A DNA stretch of 64,000 bases from an uncultured virus (IMG/VR IMGVR_UViG_3300021185_004515) (lineage: Duplodnaviria > Heunggongvirae > Uroviricota > Caudoviricetes), in IMG/VR virus record IMGVR_UViG_3300021185_004515; one strand, written 5' to 3'. The translations under genes and the position numbers were made by a program. Positions 18,910 to 28,537 of the stretch are shown piece after piece. The stretch's first letter is position 1; every line of letters begins with the position of its first letter. The notes under the pieces were generated by a model, which saw nothing but the letters and a program-made list of their open reading frames with translations, did not search any database and was not told the origin of the DNA.

Positions 18910-19386
18910 TCACAATTCAAACCAAGGATGTTGAAACTCTTCTGTCCAATCAATTTCTGTGGAATCTAAAATCTCAATTTCTACGCTATCTCCATGGATT
19001 CCTCGGAGTTGCTCTCTAATCCATTCAGGAGTGCTGGCTACTACTATCCAAGGCTGGTGGTAAAATCGGGAGGTAGATTCTAATTGTAAAAATGCTACTT
19101 GTGTTCCACAAGGTCTTTCTGCACACGAAAGGCGAGTCACTGTGGCTTGCATAATTTCGGGCGCAATTGGGTTTATATCTCGGGGGTCAATTTCTCCACA
19201 AGAAAATTCATAAGCGGCTACTAAAAAGCGAGGTCCAGCAGGGGTGGTGCGGATAAGCCCCGTAAAAGCATAACCTGAGAATGTATCTGGGTGAGTAATT
19301 TGCATGGCTTCGGGGTGTGCTAAAGCATATGGACCCCAAAAAGAAAAGTTATCTGGCAGCGTGTCTGCCATAAAGTCGTGAGTCAT
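18910..19386 (-). CDS. Hypothetical protein
   Basis: Own TATA at 19409. Confidence 0.7.
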   Translation of the reverse strand: MTHDFMADTLPDNFSFWGPYALAHPEAMQITHPDTFSGYAFTGLIRTTPAGPRFLVAAYEFSCGEIDPRDINPIAPEIMQATVTRLSCAERPCGTQVAFLQLESTSRFYHQPWIVVASTPEWIREQLRGIHGDSVEIEILDSTEIDWTEEFQHPWFEL

Positions 19387-19417
19387 AAGACTAACTAACT
19401 GTGTTACCTATTTATAG

Positions 19418-20239
19418 TTAATTGCGGTATCGGTAGCGGTTAGGGGCTGGTTGGTTAGGGTCTGGACGAGAATCCAAATCTGATTGATAAGCCCTAAGCA
19501 GTTTCGCCAAGTCATTTGTGATAGCCTCCATGTTATATCCTTCATGGTAAGAATCTAACTCCTGCTGGACCTTGCGCTCAAATTTGAGGAAAAACCAGTT
19601 CCATAATGCTGGATAATCTGGAGTGAGGTTAATACAGTTTTGCAAAAGATGGGTAAAACCACGATTAAATACTTGCTGCTTGTCATCAGGATATTTATAA
19701 CGCATTCTGTTATACAGTGAATCCTGGAAAAATGGCAAAGGGATGAGGGACTCCCCTTTAAAACCGTATTTCCGTCTCCAATTTTTTGACAAACCTATTC
19801 TTTTGTTAAACAGATAAGTTAAGTTACTAATTCCCAACTGTTGTCCTGCCGTAATTGATTCTGGGGAAATCTGGTCAAATACATCCGTAGTTCCTTTTGA
19901 TATTTGTTCTTCCAACCAACTTGAAACTCTTCGGGGGTCGGTAATAATTTCCATTCGTTGCAAAATTGACCCATCCATGCGAGAACTCAGTTGGTTCTTG
20001 TCCTCGTCCCAAATCCACGAGGCAGAGTAATCAGTCCTTTGTGGCTTCCAGTAAAAAGCACGGGACAAGTCCCATGAAAAATGCCCACTAAGATAATCTG
20101 AGACAATGTTCCTGATGGGAATCCTACTTATTGCATCACGGGCTTTAGGTTCGTGCAAGCCACAAAATACTGCTTTTCCTTTTCCACAAGCCTGACCTGC
20201 TCTGCGTCCAGTAGTTAATCTCCATTGGCAAGATACCAT
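19418..20239 (-). CDS. Protein with N-terminal C3H zinc finger
   Basis: CQWRLTTGRRAGQACGKGKAVFCGLH; TATA at 20262. Confidence 0.7.
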   Translation of the reverse strand: MVSCQWRLTTGRRAGQACGKGKAVFCGLHEPKARDAISRIPIRNIVSDYLSGHFSWDLSRAFYWKPQRTDYSASWIWDEDKNQLSSRMDGSILQRMEIITDPRRVSSWLEEQISKGTTDVFDQISPESITAGQQLGISNLTYLFNKRIGLSKNWRRKYGFKGESLIPLPFFQDSLYNRMRYKYPDDKQQVFNRGFTHLLQNCINLTPDYPALWNWFFLKFERKVQQELDSYHEGYNMEAITNDLAKLLRAYQSDLDSRPDPNQPAPNRYRYRN

Positions 20240-20277
20240 GATTATCATGTATCGTTACAACTATTTTAACCTTTGGG

Positions 20278-20511
20278 TCAAAAAGGTATCAAATTACGAT
20301 GCCAATAATGTCCATCGCCAATAAATGTAGGGATTTGTTGCCAAAATAATAGGGCTGCAATAGCGGCTAACATAGCCACATTCCAGTTAGAGCCGATACT
20401 TTCACGAACGGCTACATAGGCTGAACCTAAGAATCCTACGGTAAATCCTACACTAATCAGTTGATTAAGTCGGAAATTAAAATTTCTGGGAACATCGTCT
20501 ACTTCAGTCAT
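20278..20511 (-). CDS. Small two-TM protein
   Basis: Hydrophobic hairpin. Confidence 0.6.
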   Translation of the reverse strand: MTEVDDVPRNFNFRLNQLISVGFTVGFLGSAYVAVRESIGSNWNVAMLAAIAALLFWQQIPTFIGDGHYWHRNLIPF

Positions 20512-20515
20512 GAGA

Positions 20516-21547
20516 TTAACCCCTATTTCTGCCTATCAAATATCCGCCAAGGGCTGCAATTCCTGTGAATATGATTGTCATACCTGTGAATTTGAGCCCC
20601 ATTCTCTGGAGTTTATCAATCAATTCAGTAGGGTGTTTCATGGTTTCATCATGATTTTCTGCACCAAACATCATGCTGATGCGGGCAGGGATTACCATTT
20701 CAGTATTGCAATCGTTACAACAACGGCCATCAAATAATGGTTGAGCATTGTTTCCATAGCGTCCATAATCGGCTCCACAAAAACAACATCCATCATCTAC
20801 ATCATCGGAGGTCTCTGCACCAAATTCTTCTTTGTGGCACTCATCACAAAATGCTCCATCACAACAGTCCTTTGAACATCTATGGGAACTACAAACCGTA
20901 TTACTACACCCTTCGCACCCTCTATTACAACTGCCACAAAGTAAAACATCACATAGGGCGCAATTTCTAAAATCATCATCCCCCTCATAATCTTGACCAC
21001 ACTCATAACAACTTACCATTTCAACTTCGGAGGTCTCGGCATCCATACGAGTCAATTCGCCATATCTAATTTCTAAATTACGATAATTCTTCAAATCTTG
21101 TTCTGAAGGTTCTTCCATATCTTCAATCTCATACAGTTGTGCCAAAATTGTATCTTCTTCGGCAGCCATCCCGTATTCTTGAAACATTTCTTTTGCTTTT
21201 GAATTTATAGATTTTTTATCGTAAATGCTTACCAAAGAACTGCCGACCCAATATAAACCATCGTCACCAGAATCACCAGCCTGACCGAACTCTTCAGTAA
21301 TCAATTCTTCATCTGACATATCTTTGGCAGATTCTGGGTAAATGTTTGAAGGGTAGTGTTCTGAATCACCATCTCTCACTTGAAAAGTAACTAAGTAAAA
21401 TGTTTCTCCGACACGATGCTTTTTCATTCTGCTCTTTTTCTCTTCGGACCTCAACATCATGTTTTGATGTCCTGAATAGTTGATGGATGCGTGGTCAAAA
21501 TCTCCATGAATAGCACTTGATTGAGCCAATTCATTAGGTGTGAACAT
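20516..21547 (-). CDS. Tail-anchored modular polyprotein with zinc-finger modules
   Basis: LRSE, MAAE, MDAE, FGAE, FGAE separate modules; multi-CxxC module and a CCFCG...GRCCNDCN module; C-terminal TM. Confidence 0.78.
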   Translation of the reverse strand: MFTPNELAQSSAIHGDFDHASINYSGHQNMMLRSEEKKSRMKKHRVGETFYLVTFQVRDGDSEHYPSNIYPESAKDMSDEELITEEFGQAGDSGDDGLYWVGSSLVSIYDKKSINSKAKEMFQEYGMAAEEDTILAQLYEIEDMEEPSEQDLKNYRNLEIRYGELTRMDAETSEVEMVSCYECGQDYEGDDDFRNCALCDVLLCGSCNRGCEGCSNTVCSSHRCSKDCCDGAFCDECHKEEFGAETSDDVDDGCCFCGADYGRYGNNAQPLFDGRCCNDCNTEMVIPARISMMFGAENHDETMKHPTELIDKLQRMGLKFTGMTIIFTGIAALGGYLIGRNRG

Positions 21548-21552
21548 CTGAA

Positions 21553-23349
21553 TCACTCTTCAGGTTCTTCTTCAGGTTCTTCAGGGGCGGAAGTTCCGAC
21601 CTTTCGTGAAAGTGTGTAGGCGGTCAATGCTCCGAGAACTGCTGCTCCGATAGCCATAGCCATTTTTGTTTCCGATTTCTGAACCTTAACTACTGGTTCG
21701 GCATCCATTGTCATAACATCATCATACTTACGACCCATCATTGAATGGTCTTTGTCCATAGCAGCCGCTTCATCTCGGCGGTCTTTCATAGATTGTGAGT
21801 GAGCACCACGATGACGCATTCCGAGAGATTCATCCATCTTGTCATCATATCCTTGTTCAGCACTTCCATACCATTGTGGAACGCCTTGTCCAAAGGTAGA
21901 GGAATCTTCGCCATAGGAATTAGGATAGAATCCATCATCTACTGCGGGCATACCGACTCCAACACCAAGTTCTTCAGCACTATATCTTTTTTGCGCCCAT
22001 GCTTTCAAAGAAGGTCTGCTATTAACTAATGACATAGCCATTCGGACCTGCTCCACAGGGTATTTTTGATATGCTCCAAATTCAGAGGTTTCAACTTCTT
22101 CAAGGATTTCTATGACTTCTTCGTCAGACATGGAATCTGCGGTTTCCGCAGAACCATACCATTGTGGAACACCTTGTCCTGAAATTGAAGCGGAGTTTTC
22201 TCCCATACCGTTGTAGGCTTCTTCAGCAGAGCCATACCAAACAGGAACGCCATAGTCAGAAACTGATGCGGAGTTTTCTCCAAATCCATTAGTGAGTGGT
22301 CCTGTGTAATCTCCCAGTCCTTCGGCACTCATTTTCTTAGCGGCACGACGAGCATAATCTTCAGCATCATCATAGTCTTCGCCCATATCCATGTATTCAT
22401 CAGCGATAGCATCTCTGGCTGAACCATCACGAACTGAAACGAATTCATCTTGTTCCCACATAACTTCTGGACCCTCATCTCCTTCGGCTTGATAACCGAA
22501 TGGTGTAGAATCCCAGTTTCCAATGGCTTGTCCAACGACTGAGCCGTCAGTTCCATACATAACTTCTGCTTCAAAGGCCATCGGGCTCATAGAATTAGTT
22601 CCGTAATATTCTGGGACACCATATCCACTACCAGCCGCTGAGTCTTGAGTGAAATCTCCGACGGTGTGATTAAAATTATATCCTTCTGAAGCAAAGTAAT
22701 CTTCTACGGCAGCCGAATTATCGTCTACATCATATCCAACAGGGGTTGCTTCGGGGCGAGCCACATATGCTTCAGGTTCAGCACCATCATATTCAAAAGG
22801 TGTGGCTTGTTCTGCATTCATAGCGGCAGAATCGTCTGCCTCAATACCTGCGACTGTGTTAATGGTATCAACAACTGCTTCTTGATTGTAAATCAATCCT
22901 GAAATATCAAATCCGCCCACAGGAAGAGTTCCTGCTTCAGCAGCACTTTCAATGGCTTCGTAAGAATCTCCTTCGCCCTTTAGCATTGACATACTGGCAT
23001 ATCCTGGAATAGCATAACCTTGTTCAGTTCCTAAACGATAGGTGCGAACTTCTTGGTCACCTTGACGGTTAATTCCCATCACACGACCCATAGAAACTGT
23101 GTCATCATCTTCCACACGGCATCCGATACGACGAGGTTGGAATCCATGGTTATCGGTCTCTCCCGCATAATAGAATAGAGCGCAAGGGAAAAATCGTCCC
23201 TTATCGGAATCATCCATACTTGCATATTGTGATTGGGTGATAATAAAGGTATATGGGTAAAAATTGACGGCAGCGTCAAAATCTCCAGCGTGTCCCCAAT
23301 AATCATCAGAGGTGATTAGCAGCATTTCGGTTTCTACATTTTGTGGCAT
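21553..23349 (-). CDS. Acidic polyprotein with internal GVPxWYGSAE repeats and C-terminal TM
   Basis: At least 10 AE/SE motifs; three WYGSAE repeats; TM near C-terminus. Confidence 0.8.
   Translation of the reverse strand: MPQNVETEMLLITSDDYWGHAGDFDAAVNFYPYTFIITQSQYASMDDSDKGRFFPCALFYYAGETDNHGFQPRRIGCRVEDDDTVSMGRVMGINRQGDQEVRTYRLGTEQGYAIPGYASMSMLKGEGDSYEAIESAAEAGTLPVGGFDISGLIYNQEAVVDTINTVAGIEADDSAAMNAEQATPFEYDGAEPEAYVARPEATPVGYDVDDNSAAVEDYFASEGYNFNHTVGDFTQDSAAGSGYGVPEYYGTNSMSPMAFEAEVMYGTDGSVVGQAIGNWDSTPFGYQAEGDEGPEVMWEQDEFVSVRDGSARDAIADEYMDMGEDYDDAEDYARRAAKKMSAEGLGDYTGPLTNGFGENSASVSDYGVPVWYGSAEEAYNGMGENSASISGQGVPQWYGSAETADSMSDEEVIEILEEVETSEFGAYQKYPVEQVRMAMSLVNSRPSLKAWAQKRYSAEELGVGVGMPAVDDGFYPNSYGEDSSTFGQGVPQWYGSAEQGYDDKMDESLGMRHRGAHSQSMKDRRDEAAAMDKDHSMMGRKYDDVMTMDAEPVVKVQKSETKMAMAIGAAVLGALTAYTLSRKVGTSAPEEPEEEPEE
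21856..22290 (-). repeat. Three coding repeats N-x2-GE-x-S...GVP[VQ]WYGSAE
   Basis: Units at about 21856-21920, 22144-22213 and 22222-22290. Confidence 0.85.
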
Positions 23350-23351
23350 TC

Positions 23352-24215
23352 TTAGACTCTCCTGAGTGTTGTTTCAAATCCGCCTGACATGGGCAGGGCT
23401 TTTACTTCAGTATCAGATACTCTGATAATGTTGTGAGTATTTCTCCAGACACTTAAGTTTTTCGTCATTCCTGTGCTGGTATCTAAATATCCTGAATCAA
23501 CATCTGGGGTCAAACTCAAACGACCTTCACGACCATTGACATTGCTATCTTCAGAATTGCGACTCAAATCACCAAATCGGTTATCGCCCAAAAATGGAGT
23601 AGACATTTCTTGGAAAGGAACGGCTTCGGGAGGAATCATAGATACTAAATATGGGTAATTGTTGTTCACTTCTGGAGGAACAAGAGGAGGAACATCTCGT
23701 CCTGAGTAATCAATTCCTGTGGTTGCTGTGGTAGCATTGTCCAAAGAGCGAGGGAAATTATTCTTGCGTTGCTTGAATGGGTCGGTAGAAACTGCATATT
23801 CTAAGTATGATTTACCCTGTCCTGGGGCTAAAGCATCAAAAACACGAGATGTTTCTTCGGCTTGATATTCAGTAACTACTTCATCAGAAAGTGTGAATCC
23901 ATTGTCATAAGGATTGATGTAGCGAGGTTGAACATCTGAAATTCCTGGTCCGAATGGGTCGGTATTGACTACCATGTTAGTAGATTGCAAATCTAAGAAT
24001 TTGTATCCCATAAAAGATTCTGAGAGTGAATCGGGGATAACATCCGCAGTTACTCCTGAGCGTTCAATCTGAATTTGCTCAAAATCGGCGTAAGTGAACT
24101 CATCGGCAGCAAAACCGAGGCGTTGTTTTAGTCCAAAAGGGTTGAGGAAGCCTACTGCCAGAACCGTTAAGCCTCCAATAGCAAACATTCCTAATGGGGA
24201 GCGCAGCATACTCAT
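23352..24215 (-). CDS. N-anchored hypothetical protein
   Basis: N-terminal TM; FAAD, YQAE; TATA at 24238. Confidence 0.72.
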   Translation of the reverse strand: MSMLRSPLGMFAIGGLTVLAVGFLNPFGLKQRLGFAADEFTYADFEQIQIERSGVTADVIPDSLSESFMGYKFLDLQSTNMVVNTDPFGPGISDVQPRYINPYDNGFTLSDEVVTEYQAEETSRVFDALAPGQGKSYLEYAVSTDPFKQRKNNFPRSLDNATTATTGIDYSGRDVPPLVPPEVNNNYPYLVSMIPPEAVPFQEMSTPFLGDNRFGDLSRNSEDSNVNGREGRLSLTPDVDSGYLDTSTGMTKNLSVWRNTHNIIRVSDTEVKALPMSGGFETTLRRV

Positions 24216-24250
24216 ACCTATTCATCCTTCGTTTTGATATTTAAGTTTAA

Positions 24251-25171
24251 TCAATAATCTTCTGGCAAAGATTGAGAATCCTGAAGTTCTTCAGAGGTTA
24301 AATCTGGCAATTTGGGTGCTGTTATGGCTGAAGCCACCACGGAATTTACATACTTCATAATGGCATCATTTTCACCCCAAACATCTTGGGAACGAGGTAA
24401 TGGATTAGGACGATAGAAATCAATACCGACGGGTCTGGCATTAGCAGCCCACTTTGGAGCAGGTCCTGACATCCGAGATTCTATGCTTAATTCATCTTCT
24501 ATTGAATTAGTGGAATAGGGATTGACTAATGGGTGATAGTATGATTCCGCAGAAAATTCTTTTTCACGAGCCCAAGCAGCATCATGAGAAACAAAAATCA
24601 AAGAAGTTTTCTTCTCTTCAGTAGTCCATGGCTGAGGGTGAAGTGCGTCGGCGGGCCACTCTATCATAACAGAAGTGGGGTAAATGCGAACCACATGGCC
24701 TAATGTCAAACCTCCACCATCTTGAGAAGGGCGGCTAACATTGACTACATCTCCTGGTCGCCACGAATCTCCTTCGGGAGATAATGGATTTTCCATGACA
24801 CGAGTTCCTGTATCTCGGAAAGAAGAGGTTGGATAAACCAAACTGTTAATTTCGGAAACAACTTGCTTCCACAATTGTTGTTGAGTTAAAAAATCTGTGT
24901 TTTCCAAAACTTGTTCAGAATATGTTCCTTCGGGCTGGTCAGAAAAAATCTGGATAACAATCCCTAATTTGTTGGCGGTATCTGATGAAACTTGCTGAGT
25001 TCCAATTCCCGTAGAGTATCCTGACCAAACTGCGGTAGGAATCAATTGAACCACTGTGAATGGCCCAATTTTTTCCCGACGGAATTCAGACCAATCTGAA
25101 GAAGTCCACTGACGGGGCTCCAGATTTACTCCTAATGGTCTTAACGAACGAACCAATTCTAATAACTTCAA
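24251..25171 (-). CDS. Hypothetical protein with SH3/KOW-like domain
   Basis: WRPGDVV...GHVVRIYPTSVMIEW; FSAE. Confidence 0.65.
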   Translation of the reverse strand: MKLLELVRSLRPLGVNLEPRQWTSSDWSEFRREKIGPFTVVQLIPTAVWSGYSTGIGTQQVSSDTANKLGIVIQIFSDQPEGTYSEQVLENTDFLTQQQLWKQVVSEINSLVYPTSSFRDTGTRVMENPLSPEGDSWRPGDVVNVSRPSQDGGGLTLGHVVRIYPTSVMIEWPADALHPQPWTTEEKKTSLIFVSHDAAWAREKEFSAESYYHPLVNPYSTNSIEDELSIESRMSGPAPKWAANARPVGIDFYRPNPLPRSQDVWGENDAIMKYVNSVVASAITAPKLPDLTSEELQDSQSLPEDY

Positions 25172-25569
25172 ATCAATCCTCTCCTGGCAATAAATTGTTC
25201 ACGAGATAGACGGCGAGCATCTTCAATTTTGGCAAAATTAGAAATCGGTAAATCTACTTTTAAATCTACAATTGCTAAAGGTAACTCCCGATGTCCCAAA
25301 ATTTTAGAACTGGGTTGGTTTTCAAAACGAATTTCCACGGGACGAGTTACAGAGGCTTCAAAAACCTTATTTCCAATCCAGGAGTTGGCTTGATTTTTCC
25401 AATTGGCTTCAGTGCCATTGTAAATCAAATCTTGGTATCTTTCGGTGCTACGGCGACCATCGCTCCAAATAACACCTGCCCCATCCCAATGAGTGTCATA
25501 AATAACTCCTTGGTCTTGCCCCATAACGGCAATACTGGTAACCAAGTCTCCAGGACGAAAGGCTCTCAT
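25168..25569 (-). CDS. SH3/KOW-like domain protein (start set by TATA spacing)
   Basis: FRPGDLV...GVI...VIWSDG; TATA at 25592. Confidence 0.65.
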   Translation of the reverse strand: MRAFRPGDLVTSIAVMGQDQGVIYDTHWDGAGVIWSDGRRSTERYQDLIYNGTEANWKNQANSWIGNKVFEASVTRPVEIRFENQPSSKILGHRELPLAIVDLKVDLPISNFAKIEDARRLSREQFIARRGLI

Positions 25570-25601
25570 GATAAATAATTGGTTGGCTTGATATTTAAGT
25601 T

Positions 25602-25997
25602 TCACTTGCTGCTACGAACGCCAGCCCAGTAAATTCCACCCACAACGGCCACACCAATAAGGGTATATCCCAGATTTTGAGTAATCCAATCGTTGAAACT
25701 TTTAACAAGTTCTCCCAATCGTGGGGTAGTTGGCTCCACTTTAAGTCCAGGAATTGGTTCCTCAACAGTAGTGGAGTTATCTTCTTCAGCCGCAAATGTT
25801 TCGGGTTCGGGTGCAGGAAGTCCCAATTCTGATTCAGTGTAGTTAGTCATAGGGACACCATCTCCAAAAGCACCAGAATGAATGGTAAATCCATCTTCCA
25901 TAGCCATAACGGTATCTCGTGGATTAGGTGGGTTCAAATTAGCATCCCATCGGTTTTGAGTATCACGAGTAATAAAGTTGTTTTGCATTGTAGTCAT
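25602..25997 (-). CDS. Tail-anchored protein
   Basis: TFAAE motif; C-terminal TM. Confidence 0.72.
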   Translation of the reverse strand: MTTMQNNFITRDTQNRWDANLNPPNPRDTVMAMEDGFTIHSGAFGDGVPMTNYTESELGLPAPEPETFAAEEDNSTTVEEPIPGLKVEPTTPRLGELVKSFNDWITQNLGYTLIGVAVVGGIYWAGVRSSK

Positions 25998-26006
25998 AAT
26001 TATCCC

Positions 26007-26570
26007 TCAAGCAGTGGTATAGAGTTGGTCATCAGCAGGTCGCCACGAATCCAAAGGATTGTAAGCAACGGAAGTAAAATCTGGGAATTGATACTGTGGA
26101 CGAGAATCGTTTGCCACATCATACATACTTATTCCATGAGGTTGATGAGCCGAAGCATAGTTACCATCATAATAACGAGGGTTAGTAGGCATAGATTCCA
26201 TAGCAGTTGGTAGTTCAAAAGGAGAATAGTAAGGTCCAGATTTTTGTGGGGTCAAATCATTCCAAGGTTGCATAAAAACATAGTTGTTGTTAGCAGAAAC
26301 TCCTTCGGCTCCCATAATATCTTCAGCACCTTCTACCACAGTTGGGTTGAGACGGTTAAGTTCTCCTTGAGGTGCAGCCATACTTTCTGTCATTTCGCTG
26401 CGAAAAGACTCGGCTTCATTTTTATCATCGGAAGTATCTTTTTCCGTAGTGGTCAAGCGGGCTTGAACGGTTGGGAAAATCATTACTGCGCCGAGACCCA
26501 TAACGAACATAGCCACATATTTCGGAAGCGGTCCCAGAATTTGTGTTTTGGTTTGTGAAAGGTATGTCAT
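26007..26570 (-). CDS. N-anchored protein
   Basis: N-terminal TM; EAESFRSE, MGAE. Confidence 0.72.
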   Translation of the reverse strand: MTYLSQTKTQILGPLPKYVAMFVMGLGAVMIFPTVQARLTTTEKDTSDDKNEAESFRSEMTESMAAPQGELNRLNPTVVEGAEDIMGAEGVSANNNYVFMQPWNDLTPQKSGPYYSPFELPTAMESMPTNPRYYDGNYASAHQPHGISMYDVANDSRPQYQFPDFTSVAYNPLDSWRPADDQLYTTA

Positions 26571-26947
26571 CAGAGAATCCCACCTGTTATCAAACTACTC
26601 ATATCGGTAACTGTAACTGGGGGAACTCCTCCGAACAATTCCAACATTTGAGTATTACTGCGCTCACGAACAGTCATGTTGCGAGCCACCATCTGTGCAT
26701 GAGGAATTCTCATTTCATCCCAAGGCAGAGTATCTGGTTGGCTGTAATCAGATTCGGCACAGTTGCAATCCATGTTGGAACAACCGCATCCCAATCCTTC
26801 TGCTTCTTTAGCCACCGACTCAGATTTTTCTGCAACTTCTGAAATATTTTTATCAGGAGTCATCATTTTAGTGATTGCTAAAACTCCAAAATAAGTCCCA
26901 ACGACTATTGCTCCTGTTTGTAAAGTTTCTTTTAATGTTAATGCCAT
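26570..26947 (-). CDS. N-anchored protein with CGC..CxC peptide
   Basis: MALTLKE start after GTGA SD; TM; AE motifs. Confidence 0.65.
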   Translation of the reverse strand: MALTLKETLQTGAIVVGTYFGVLAITKMMTPDKNISEVAEKSESVAKEAEGLGCGCSNMDCNCAESDYSQPDTLPWDEMRIPHAQMVARNMTVRERSNTQMLELFGGVPPVTVTDMSSLITGGIL

Positions 26948-26951
26948 AATA

Positions 26952-28496
26952 TCACTTCTTAGATTTGCGTTCACGCTGTTGTGCTGGGACGAATGGGTAT
27001 CCAACGATGCCATGAGGATTAACGAAACTTCCACGGAATTTCTCACCCATGGATTTTCCTGCGAGGTCAGTATCTGGAATTGGTCCTGCGACTGGAGTTC
27101 CTAATCCACGCTCTTGATACCAAGCCTTTCCAGAGTTAGCGAAACGAGTGGTGTGTCCTCCTGATGGTGTCCAAGAACCTGTGCGGTCTCCCTTTTGATA
27201 AACTTGGGAACGACCTGCTCCTCCGACACGACCTTCGGAGTATCGGCGTGGACCAGATTTAGTGCCTCGGGTTTTTCCACGAACCTTGGGAGAGGCTCGC
27301 TTTTGCTTAATACCGAAATGCTTGTAGATTTTAACACCCTTGTCAATACCATACTTGGCAACTAATCTTTGAACAATAGTCAAATGTTTGCCATTTCTTC
27401 CTGTTTTTCGGGCTCCAGATAGGGCTGAACTGAGGGTTGCTGGGCCAGAATACTCTGCTGCAAAAGATTCAGCATTCTTCGTCCTACACATTGGACAAAC
27501 AGGGTTATCATCCCAGTATCCATAAATCTGACATTCTGAACAAACTCGTGATTCAGCATCATAATCATCATAATCATCTTCTTCGCTTGTGATGTAAAGA
27601 GCATCGCCCATAGCATTGATGTAAGCAGAATTATAGATTTCTTCAGAATGCAAGAAACCGTTGTCAATCAACCAATCAAGTGCTTTAGATTTAGTTTCTG
27701 GATTCATGGTTCGCAAACGGTCTAAAATCTCCATTCCTCGTGATTTGTCAGAAATGTTGTAATAGTAGTTAAAGTCTGCTTCAAAGGTTTCTGCCCCAAA
27801 ATAATCTGCAACATCGTATGGTCCATCAGAGTCATCGTGATACAATATGTGTCCACAACCATTACACTTTAGAGTCAATTCTGCATAAACTGGGTCATTC
27901 TCAACATTTTTGTCGCATCTTCCACAATGAACTTCTCCCTCTATAATCTGCATCATGTTTTCTGCTCGCTTTCGCTTTAGACCTTCGCTACCATCAAGAG
28001 GTGTCCAATTTGCCATCTCTCCAAATTCCATTGGGTCTTGGACAGGGGCAGAACCTTCTTCGGAACTATAAACTTCGCCATTATCATAGCCCATTGATAG
28101 TTCCTTCATAGCAATCTCAATAAAGAGGTCCTCACCGTCTATCATAGGTTGAGGGATTGCTGCACCCTTGTAAGCCCAATCATCTTCTGGAGAGTCTAAC
28201 TCCGTTTCATCGTAGCCGTTCATCACTAACAGTTCGTTAAAGTATTTCTTAGCATTTATGTGGTTATCAAAAACTTGAACTGTGGTGTGAAATTGGTTTT
28301 TTTCCTCCCAAATCTCTTCTGGAGCCATAGCAGAAACTACCCAAAGTTTAGTTTCCATTCCTCTGCCATCTTCGCTCATAAATGTATTGATGTCTCCGTG
28401 AGTGTCTTGACTGAGGTATCCTGAAACATCTGGTGTATCAGAAGGTCCCGTAGGAGTATAGTGGTCACGGGGCGTATGGTTATGAGTTTCAGCCAT
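26952..28496 (-). CDS. Modular polyprotein with zinc ribbons and highly basic C-terminal module
   Basis: FMSE, YSSE, KRAE, FGAETFEAD, YDAE, KNAESFAAE; CxxC modules; Arg/Lys/Gly-rich last ~165 aa; TATA at 28519. Confidence 0.8.
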   Translation of the reverse strand: MAETHNHTPRDHYTPTGPSDTPDVSGYLSQDTHGDINTFMSEDGRGMETKLWVVSAMAPEEIWEEKNQFHTTVQVFDNHINAKKYFNELLVMNGYDETELDSPEDDWAYKGAAIPQPMIDGEDLFIEIAMKELSMGYDNGEVYSSEEGSAPVQDPMEFGEMANWTPLDGSEGLKRKRAENMMQIIEGEVHCGRCDKNVENDPVYAELTLKCNGCGHILYHDDSDGPYDVADYFGAETFEADFNYYYNISDKSRGMEILDRLRTMNPETKSKALDWLIDNGFLHSEEIYNSAYINAMGDALYITSEEDDYDDYDAESRVCSECQIYGYWDDNPVCPMCRTKNAESFAAEYSGPATLSSALSGARKTGRNGKHLTIVQRLVAKYGIDKGVKIYKHFGIKQKRASPKVRGKTRGTKSGPRRYSEGRVGGAGRSQVYQKGDRTGSWTPSGGHTTRFANSGKAWYQERGLGTPVAGPIPDTDLAGKSMGEKFRGSFVNPHGIVGYPFVPAQQRERKSKK

Positions 28497-28511
28497 AACT
28501 ATTATTTGATG

Positions 28512-28530
28512 GTTTTGCTATTTAAGTTTA
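28512..28530 (-). promoter_or_regulatory. Archaeal promoter (AAACTTAAATAGCAAAAC), leaderless
   Basis: Consensus motif 22 nt upstream of ATG 28496. Confidence 0.85.
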
Positions 28531-28537
28531 AGGTTAA

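Noticed and set aside
21856..22290. CRISPR array or RiPP precursor
   Set aside because: Repeats are in-frame with synonymous variation and irregular spacing; no cas or RiPP-modifying genes
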